NCBI GenBank assembly: GCA_002269645.1
Contig: NIVC01001449.1
Span: 124,001 to 188,000, forward strand
Reading direction: 5' to 3'
Origin: Macrostomum lignano
Taxonomy: Eukaryota
DNA length: 64,000 bases
Part shown: one piece after another, positions 53,241 through 64,000 of the stretch
How the letters are laid out: each line of letters starts with the position of its first letter
How positions within the stretch are numbered: the first letter of the stretch is position 1
Notes under the pieces: generated by a model
What the model was told of the DNA's origin: nothing
What the model saw: only the letters and a program-made list of their open reading frames with translations
The model's database searches: none
Made by a program: the position numbers and the translations under genes

Positions 53241-55159
53241 TAGCCTACACACTAGGTAAAACATGCCTTCACGGAGCTGCTGTATGCGAAGCTTTGAGCA
53301 ATAAGACCACTGGGGCGGAAAAGTTTCACTCCAAATTTTATGCGTTGAAACTACTGATACTACTAAAGTAGACGGCTTTGCAAATTAATGCTTGAGTTTG
53401 ACATAACGAGTGTCCTAATAAGCAAAAGTTCATTGGTTCCTATTCATTGGTCTCTAGCAGAAATGAGATGAGCACGCAGACAGATGAAGGCAACATCTTC
53501 CGGACCCGATTGCACGGATTAAAAGCAACTTCTGCCTAGAGGCTAAATCTCCTTTACCCAGGTCTATGCGGTTTTCGGTAGATAAAATTTACAGAATTTT
53601 CTTTTCAGTATGCAGCGCAGCCATGCAGAGATCAGCCGGCAGTGCCTAACAGGGGGTTAAAACGGTTACTTTATTGAGATGACGGTTACATTTGTCATCA
53701 GTTTCACTTTCTTGTAGCCTTTATTGCAGTCACGCCAATCAGAACGAATGAGGATCTCGCTCTCTTTCGAATTTTAATATCAGTGCACCTGGCCTGTGAG
53801 CCCGCATGGTTACAGGGAGAGATATTGATTCATTAGTTTTGCATGAGCTCAGTCGAAGTAATTAACGATCACGCGGGTTGCTACAGTTTTACTATGAGAA
53901 CTCCATAGAACATGGCGAGAAGGGCAGAACCTATGCAAAAAGTCGTGTGCCAGGTTTGTGACTTTCATTGCAGTCACCTAGCAGCTCATTTACATTACTC
54001 GCATACATGCAACAATCTTAGTTTATTTTGCAAAGGAAACAAATTCTTTGTTTCATAAGAATAATGGGGTTTACGATAGAGCATGGCGTTGAAAAAAATT
54101 AGCTCTCTATGACTTCGAACCTTTTGAGCTTGTGCTTCCAATATTTGGCTTTTGTCTGTCTAGGGAATGAAAAGCTTTTGACCTAATACAGGGGTTATCA
54201 GCTTATCTACATCATGGCTGGAGAGAGTAGACAGAAGAGAAAAGATGAGATGAGATCAAAGATGAGAGGAGAGAGGAGAGGGGAGAGCTGCACGAGAAGA
54301 CACAAACCCTGAGCGGGCCGCATTGCTGTTGTGAAGTTTCAAAGGACCCGAGGGTTGGATAGAGAGGCTTCGCGGGCCGACCCGTGAACTAATCACACGC
54401 ACTGGAACAGTTCCCTTTCTCATTGAACTCAAACCTTATCCAGCCTTTTATTATCTAAGGTTAATTTTCTAACAACCTTACTAAAACTCAGCCGAAATTC
54501 GCAGAGGTCGCGTGACTAAGCAGCCATCCCAGAGTGTGACCATTAATCCGTGCTGCTGAAGTTGCAGCCTACTAAAATTTAATGATTTTCGAAATTGAAA
54601 AACTTAATTTGCAGTATTTTGGAGTTAATTAACTAAATTGAATTCAGGTGAGAATATTGAGCAAATCTTAGGGAAGCATAACTGAAACTTTTTTGCTCAA
54701 GTTTTCAATTTGCTTCATTAACGAGCGCCTTAGGACGACTTTTTTTGTTTGGGTGGGGCCGCTGAAACGTGATTGCAAAAATGAGCTTGTCCTGAGCTGT
54801 AGCTCGTAGCTATTGAAGAAATACCAATATTTCCTATGTGTTTTTCTACTAAATTCAGAATATCTTACCTGGGAGGTTTTTCAGCATGCCTTCAGACCAA
54901 ATTTTCGCAAGCTGAGGAAGTTGCTAAGTCAGTTTCAGTGACTCAGTCGGGCTGTTTACTGATAGGGAAGCGGGAGAAACAGGGTGGATGAAGGGCGTCA
55001 TCGTCTAAATTTAAAGGAAGCAATTATAGGTGACACAGGTACACCGGATGAGCCAATGAGTGCCAAAAATAGACAGCTGCTCACAGACCCTCTCAACTTA
55101 ACGTTTGATTATGAGGCGCTTGACAGAGAAACTATCTTGAGTCAGGCAGGCAAGCAAAG

Positions 55160-56440
<1,281 letters not shown>

Positions 56441-57031
56441 CATCTTTAAGTTCCTTGACATTTTAATTTCCTACTATGGCTTCAGCCTTGGCCCCGTTCT
56501 CAATAAGATCTGCTCCTCGGCAAAGATTTTCAATTCGCCCTTTTCAAGTCTTTGTCGAATCTCGGTTATGAAATTATTTTTAGGGCAACTTGTAGCAAAC
56601 GTCTGACAAAAAAAGTAGAACAAAAGATTCTGACAGGAACAAAAATAGACGGTGAATGTCATTCCCATTGCAAACCTGTTTTTTTCCCTGGCGAGCAAGA
56701 AGTCTGGCAATAACAGGGCTGGTGAACACTCGTTGCATAATTGTGTATAATTCGGCCTTAGGAATCCAGAATGACTATCCACGAGTGCCAGGATGCAAGC
56801 AACTGCTGCTCTTTTGTCCTGGCAAGCAATTCTGATTTTTTCCGGCTCACCAATTAGCGTCACGTAAACTGCACATCATACGGTTTTAACGAGATAAAGG
56901 AATTCTTCACTTTTATTCTTGATTTCACTTTTATTTGCACTGAAAGCTATGAAGCAGCACTGTTCAAAGTTATTTTTCTCAAAACTCGTGTTCGAAGTTT
57001 CGACATCTGAGAGCTGTTGCCAGGTATTTAA

Positions 57032-58600
57032 CCATAGGCAGACGGATGGCCATCCAAGCTAGACGGCATTATGGGCCTCTATGGGCCAGATTCGTTGCAT
57101 TTTTCACTACAGCCGTTTCCGACGACCAGAGGCCGAAAACGGCCATATAGATCTTATGTACAAGGACTACTGACTACTATATATAAACCATATTTATAAT
57201 CAATAGAACTTCTATTCCTTCATCTATGTATCTAACACACCAATAAGGCAACGATAGTTTCTCACAGTGAATGATAAGGTACGAGTACATGCACAGAGTA
57301 GATGGTTTACAGTCGATTAACAGCCACCACGAAAAAAAGTGCCAGGAGCTTGTTGAACCAGCGCAGCGACTTGCGGTATGTAGGGACTCGTGTTAGAGTC
57401 CATGCGGTCCACTCCACCCATACAACGACTGTACGTGGTGATGCTGACCGGCTTCGCCACCACTTGCTGCTGACCACCAGGGCGGACGCGAGCCACATCG
57501 TGGCACTGCGTGTTACCTGCCGTGTCCAGCAAGTACACAGTCTTCTTGCCACTGTTCTTGGAGTCTACAAACTTGCACGCCAGCACGTTGCCACACCTTG
57601 CGAATGCTGATGATGTAGGGTGCAGGTTAGTGTCTCGCAGCAGTGGCGGCGGTCCACGATCTTTGCGCACGGTGCCAGTCAGCATGGTGTCGCGGGCCAG
57701 TAGCCACGAAGCCAGTCGGTGGTACGATGTAAACCAGCTGTCGGTGAGGATGCGATGGCCAAGATGTAGAATGTCGCGGCATAGCTCGGCTACGACTCGC
57801 TCACTAAAGGAAAGGGCCTCACAGTCCAGTCTGGCACCAAACCTGGCATTCTCCTGCTGCGTTGTGTGAATGGCAAAGTTCCACAGGAATGTACCGCCTA
57901 AACTGTACCCGTCCTTTGTACATGACCAGAGTCTCGTCAATTGATAGATTCTGATCGGGCTTGCAGTTGTTCCGATAGGCGTGCTACACAAGAGCAAGGA
58001 ATGGAGAGATTTTGTCCACAGGGCTTTGAGGAGCGGGACCAGCGCTACTGTAAAAGCGAAGGCAGGAGAGAATCTGCTTGAAACGATCGCGCGAAAGTGA
58101 ATGCGGCTGAGCCAGAAACGTGCAGTGGTACACAGGATCCTTTGCCCAGTACGAGCCGATCTCTGGCTTGTCATCAATGCCCATAAGCAACACGATGCCG
58201 ATTAGCTTCTTCACCTCGTCAACACACTGCAATCCTTCCATGTAGACACAACCTTTGGTAACTCATCAGCTGACCTTTCCTCAGCGAAACTCCAGGCCCG
58301 TTCGTTCGTCCACCTTGCAATGTTCTCGAACAGCTCGTCGGTTAGGTATTGGTGCAAAAACTCTGACTCACTGCCATTCACTGATTGTGGTGGTACCCAA
58401 TCCGGCCGAAAACCTGGGGTGCCCATGAACTCTGGGACAGCCGTGGGCCTGTCGTCCGTCCCTTCGATAGCTTGGTGCCACTCGTGTTCTTCCTCGATTT
58501 GTTTTCTGAGTCCAACGTGTAAATGAGATCCATAACTAGTCAAAACTAAACTAAAAGCTGTGACTAAAAGTAAAATGCTCGTTATAAAGCAGTCCGTATA
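57032..58600 (-). mobile_element. Decayed piggyBac transposon (PGBD4-like transposase pseudogene)
   Basis: Pieces in different frames: EFLHQYLTDELFENIARWTNERA; DEVKKLIGIVLLMGI..YW..SRDRFKQILSCLRF; GHRILTDSWFTS..TMLTGTVRKDR; YSRCMGGVDRMD; SLRWFNKL. TTAA|CCATAGG at 57028-57038 is the candidate 3' TIR; opposite TIR not found. Confidence 0.85.
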
Positions 58601-58641
58601 AATGAATTAAATTAGCGAACAGACACTAAATCTAAGCGATA

Positions 58642-60872
58642 CACCATTTTACCCTCGCTTTTGAACAAACTCCGTTTCACTTTAGACAGTCGGAACTTCA
58701 GTTTAGACACTTTTAGACTGGAGCCCCGAATCTACATTCACTATCGACAAACTCCGTTTCAGTATCGACAGCTAAGCTTTGTGGTGCTACACTTCTATCT
58801 ATTTACATAGGCAAGTAAGGAAACGCACATCCAGATCTAGGCGAAACTCCCTTTCACTTTCGACAAACGCCACTTCTCCTTAAACAGTCTATGGTCTAAG
58901 CTGCTGAAACTCCGTTTCACTTTAGTCAACCAACATTCAAGATAGACAAGATACATTCTATTTAGACAGATTCTTAGATGCGTCATTTGTTTACGCCTAG
59001 TGTTGGCTGAAAGAGGGTTTTGACCAAAGATACCTTTTAAGACACCCTTTTTGCCCCTTTGAACAGTGTGGGGTGGCAGGGTCACCGGCCAGACCTTCCG
59101 AACTTCCGAACCAAAGTCTCAGCCTACTCTCCCTTCGCTCCAAACACTGAAGCCTATTCGCTAAAGATATTCGCTAAAGCAATTGCCCTGAAAAAGATGG
59201 AGGACAGTGAAGATTCGTACCTAGAAGAGGAGCCTGGTTACGAAGACGAAAGTGAAAGCGACTTTGAAGAGGAGGCTCCAGCGCAACAGCGACAGCCAGT
59301 GAGCAACCATGACAGGCAGCGACTTCTCTCCGCTTACCAGAAGGGCGAAGATTTTATCCTACTGGCCTCTCAACTTGGCATCAAGAGAACGACCGCATAT
59401 TCCATTGTGAGGAGTGGACGAGTGGAGAACGTGCGGCGGAGCCAAGAACGTGAAGTGGGATGGGGAGATGCAAGAATATTTGTGCGCAATCGTGGAGCAG
59501 AATCCATTGCTGACTCTGAAAGAGATGAACACCATGCTTAGACAAGCTTTTCCTGAGAAGCAGCATGTCTCAGAAAAGACACTGAGCATAAAACTCGACG
59601 GTGCACTGTTCACAACGAAGCTGGCACGGGATCTTCCAGCTGAGCGCAACTCGCCAAGGGTTGTAGCCGCTCGTGAGCAATTTTCTCAGTGGATGTGCTC
59701 GCCCGAAGCATCTGACACAGAGAAGATCTTTATTGACGAGTTTGGCTTCAACACATGGATGCGGCGATCCTATGGACGATCTCTTCGTGGACAGCACGTG
59801 TATCGACAGGTTTCTGGACAGAAGGGACAGCGCATCACCGTCTGCCTGGCAGTAAGCCCGGCTGCTGGAATCGTGCACTTCCAGTCATACGACAGCGGCA
59901 TGACAGGAGAGATTCGGCGAGTTTCTCACAATCACAATCGCCAACTTCCACAGCGTGTTTCCAGACAGTAGCATTAGTGTTGTCATAGACAACGTCAGCA
60001 GCCACAATGACGCCGAAAGCTACGAGGTCGAAGACGCTGTGGAAGTGAGACGACTGCCACCCTACAGTCCATTTCTCACCTCAGTTGAGAACGCGATATC
60101 ATGCTGGAAGGCGGCTCTGAAGCGTCGACTGTCGGCGATCCAAGATTCCTTCATCAGGCCGACCGAGCAGCAGCTCGTGAGGTGGACGGCACTGCCGACT
60201 GCATCACTCCAGAGAAGGTGGCACGGTGGCTCAGCCATTGCTTCAGGTATCTGCCACGGTGCATGGCGTCTCAGCCAATTGATGGCTAATGGAAATCAGA
60301 ACCCATCGCTGAACTATCGCTTCGCTTCTGATGGCTTTGCCGTTTTAATCACGACGCTGTTAAACAAAACTTTTTCGGAACAGTCCTGCATTCTCAAATG
60401 CCTTTTAAACTAGGCCGCCAAACTAACTGTTTATTGATAAAAAATCCTCGTTGCACGCCATCTTCCGTTACAATGAAAGTTTTAATCCTTGGAAATTTCC
60501 ATGAACATGCTTAATAAACCTTTGCACACCTCCCGTGTGAGTTCATGTCTAAAGTGAATGTATCTTGTCTATCTTGAATGTTGGTTGACTAAAGTGAAAC
60601 GGAGTTTCAGCAGCTTAGACCATAGACTGTTTAAGGAGAAGTGGCGTTTGTCGAAAGTGAAAGGGAGTTTCGCCTAGATTTGGATGTGCGTTTCCGTACT
60701 TGCCTATGTAAATAGATAGAAGTGTAGCACCACAAAGCTTAGCTGTCGATACTGAAACGGAGTTTGTCGATAGTGAATGTAGATTCGGGGCTCCAGTCTA
60801 AAAGTGTCTAAACTGAAGTTCCGACTGTCTAAAGTGAAACGGAGTTTGTTCAAAAGCGAGGGTAAAATGGTG
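58642..60872 (+). mobile_element. Tc1/IS630-superfamily DNA transposon with 327-bp TIRs, frameshifted
   Basis: TA|CACCATTTTACCCTCG...CGAGGGTAAAATGGTG|TA; TIRs 58642-58968 and 60546-60872 are near-identical with internal AAACTCCGTTTCA repeats. Transposase: HTH (ASQLGIKRTTAYSIV), IFIDEFGFN, VIDNVSSH, LPPYSPFLTSVE; about 3 frameshifts. Confidence 0.92.
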
Positions 60873-61598
60873 TACTATAGGCGGGAACGGTGGTAGCAGC
60901 AACATTTACGATCGTAAATTTGGAAACTGTCTATGGCTGTTTTCGGCCTATCCGTCGGGAACGGTTATAAGCGCCTAAAACTGCAGTCAAATAGAGGTTT
61001 AAGCCCATTTGCGTGCACCAAATTTCATTACGAAACACATCAGATCGCTTTTTAATGATTGGTAGAAAATCTGCTGCATTGCACTGATGATGCAACTCTG
61101 CTGCGTAACTAGTGCCAGCATCTGAGCGAGCTCACTGCGACAGTCCTGGAAACCAAAGCAATCCAATCTCTGATGTGCACGACAAGGCGGTGAAATAGAA
61201 GACGTCCTTTCCAGTCGTGTTCATGGATATTTTTGGAAGTTGTCCCTGTCGTAGCAGCAGCCTAAATGAGTTGCTACTTTTTATTTTGCTCTCATAAGGT
61301 GACCTCGCCATGCTTATTACTCCACAAGCTTTGAGGCTACTAAGGTTTTTTATCAAGGATAAACTACACCAAAAGCTGCTCACTCGGAAAGTCTTTGCGA
61401 TGCTTTTAAACTGCCTTATTTGAAGCAAATTTTATCTCGTGACTTTTGTCCACACAAGCGGAAAGTTGAGCTCGTTCTGAAATTAAAAGATTAAGAGATC
61501 AAAAAGTTTTAGCATTTCCAGATGCCCCACAAACAGAGATTTCTAATTTAGCTCGTGATTATGAGGCACATTTTCTAGTGAGACACCCTACACCGTGC

Positions 61599-63390
61599 AT
61601 GTATGGCCAGGTCAACGAAACTCATTCGAGAAGGTCTGCCGATTTAGGAGGTGCTGCTGCTGGCGCTGACGCTCAACGTTTCATCGACTGCCTAATGGCT
61701 GACTCCGGCGTCCTGGACACCACTCTCGCTGCCTTCTCGGTACGGAGAGCTGTTTTTAGTGAGCAGGTATGAGCCGCAAATCTGTTTGCTGAACTCAATT
61801 TCACAACAATTCAATTATGCTGAAAGGATTAAATATGAGTAAGAGAGCTACTCTGTACGGAATCAAATTCTGACATCATTTCCAAGAATAAAAATGCACA
61901 GTGCGCTTTAACATAAACCTGTGCGCTTATTCAGAATTGAACATAAACACCTGAGCGCTTATTCAGAATTGAACATAAACACCTGTGCGCTTATTTAGAA
62001 TTGAACATAAACACCTGTGCGCTTATTTAGAATTGAACATAAACACCTGTGCGCTTATTTAGAATTGAACATAAACACCTGTGCGCTTATTTAGAATTGA
62101 ACATAAACACCTGTACGCTTATTCAGAATTGAACATAAACACCTGTACGCTTATTCAGAATTGAACATAAACACCTGTACGCTTATTCAGAATTGAACAT
62201 AAACACCTGTACGCTTATTCAGAATTGAACATAAACACCTGTACGCTTATTCAGAATTGAACATAAACACCTGAGCGCTTATTCAGAATTGAACATAAAC
62301 ACCTGCACGCTTATTCAGAATTGAACATAAACACCTGTGCGCTTATTCAGAATTGAACATAAACACCTGCACGCTTATTCAGAATTGAACATAAACACCT
62401 GTGCGCTTATTCAGAATTGAACATAAACACCTGCACGCTTATTCAGAATTGAACATAAACACCTGCACGCTTATTCAGAATTGAACATAAACACCTGTGC
62501 GCTTATTCAGAATTGAACATAAACACCTGTGCGCTTATTCAGAATTGAACATAAACACCTGTGCACTTATTCAGAATTGAACATAAACACCTGCACGCTT
62601 ATTCAGAATTGAACACAAAACTGTGCGCTTATTCAGAATTGAACATAAACACCTGTGCGCTTATTCAGAATTAAAATTAATCAAATGCGAGCTTTTTGCT
62701 CCATCTTAAAATATGTTATGAATGACAGCAGCAAAACCAAGCTCATGGCCAGGGAGCAGTCTCAGCCAATCAGAAGCGGATCTCTTGAGGCTTTATCAGC
62801 GAAGCTGTGAACTCGGATTACTAAGTCAGGCTAAGAAGCAATCCGTCCCTTGCGCATCAAAGCCAAATCTACTTCGAAGCAAAAAAACAGGAAATTCTTA
62901 GACAGTTAGTTCGTCGACAACAACGTCATGCAAGTGCTGGACAAGGATTTTTTCTGCAGCATACTACAGTGCGGCAACTACAGCGCACAGGGCGATAGAC
63001 TCTACAACAGTTCAAACGCTACGACAGCCCCGCTGGTGCAGCCGACGGCGCTCAGCGCCGCACTAAGCCAGTACATCTTCACTGCGGTGACGCCTTTCGT
63101 GCTGCTGATCGGCTGCATTGGCAACAGCCTCTGCATCCTGGTGTTCACCAGGCGCCAGACCGCCAACCAGTCGGCCAAGGCTTACTTCACCGCGCTGGCT
63201 GGGGCCGACCTGCTGGTGCTGCTGTTCTACGTAGCGCCAGATTGGCTGCAGAAGCAGACCCTGCTGCCGGACTGGTCCCGCGACTGGCTGTACACCCAGA
63301 TAGCCTGCCAGCTGCGCCTGTTCTTCTCTTATTCATCCAGAATGGTGTCCGTGTGGCTGCTGGTCACCTCCACAGTGGAGAGATACGTTG
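61599..63390 (+). CDS. Class A (rhodopsin-like) peptide-receptor-like GPCR, N-terminus to TM3; rest not located in window
   Basis: Exon 62910-63390: TM1 ..IGCIGNSLCILVF, TM2 YFTALAGADLLVLL, ECL1 W..C, TM3 ..VSVWLLVTSTVERYV, donor G|GTGAGT. Putative exon 1 61599-61739 (MYGQVNETH..., phase 0) is less certain. Confidence 0.85.
61910..62672. repeat. 32-bp minisatellite, about 23 copies, in putative GPCR intron 1
   Basis: Unit ACCTG(T/C)(G/A)CGCTTATTCAGAATTGAACATAAAC. Confidence 0.97.
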
Positions 63391-64000
63391 GTGAGTAGTT
63401 CCACTAAGATGCGCTTTTTTAGCTGATAACTTCAAACACCGTCTGCAGGACGTCTTTAGGTCGAACGTGCGGAAGAGTGCGATCTTTAGACATCTGCTCC
63501 AGTGTTCTAATCTAAATAGCCAGAATATGCAGGCCCTGTAACGACCTCATGTCGGCAATTTAAAGGATTAAAGATACCGTAAAGGATTAATTAAAAGTCA
63601 AATATATTATATTTGTAATGTGTTAGAAAATAAGTTAATTGAGGGCAAGTTTTACTTTTAATTAGCACGGCGACACAGCGCTGTCGCAAGCCATACATGA
63701 AATAAAACAAGGACTACTGAACTACTTTTGGTCCTTGATGTCCAATCGTCTGCGCGCAGGGATTAAAAAACCTAGAAATGACAGATTGAACTCACGAACG
63801 AGCATGCAAAAATACACAAATCACCGTCCCCTAGAAGCAATTCTATATCAAAGAGCTTTTAGCTGCAAGATCAAGTCAGATGCTTGATCAATGGGTTTGG
63901 GATTCACTACCGCACTGGAGTTGCAATCAAACACTGCATTGAAAACAGAGGTGCACAAAGCAGTGAGCCTCATAAAGAAACCCGGGATAAAAGTGGAGGA

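Noticed and set aside
56474-56863. 129-aa minus-strand ORF next to the piggyBac end
   Set aside because: No recognisable domain and no phase-consistent partner exons found; cannot be supported without a search.

Overview
This is AT-rich eukaryotic (metazoan) genomic DNA with many small GT-AG introns, intronic VNTRs and transposons; it is not prokaryotic and contains no CRISPR array. The neuropeptide type and repeat landscape point to a flatworm, Macrostomum-like (inference). (1) About 137-29827 (-): a giant secreted mosaic gene, 3' end outside the window, for which I assembled 42 splice-phase-consistent exons by hand (about 7.6 kb CDS, >2,500 aa). It runs signal peptide, then a ~1,300-aa module of C-type lectin, F5/8C, kringle and F-type lectin domains, then a second diverged copy of that module. 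(2) About 36.5-41.0 kb (+): a RING-HC plus SINA-type zinc-finger protein with two C-terminal DGxCGPNNGxNCxxC repeats. (3) 43507-43955 and 52384-52803 (+): two paralogous neuropeptide precursors, each encoding two AM(R/K)L(M/L)R(L/I)-amides (myomodulin-like) and one GFYRPS(F/I)RY-amide. (4) Between them, a four-level nest: 15-bp VNTR > solo-LTR-like element > 62-bp satellite > intact Ty3/gypsy element with identical LTRs. (5) A decayed piggyBac with a long-TIR Tc1/IS630 element just upstream of its ORF. (6) The 5' part of a class A peptide-type GPCR (61599-63390). Also present: three hAT-type MITEs with 8-bp TSDs, a Helitron-like VNTR-bearing family and about 20 micro/minisatellites. All exon calls and homologies are by eye; no database search was run.
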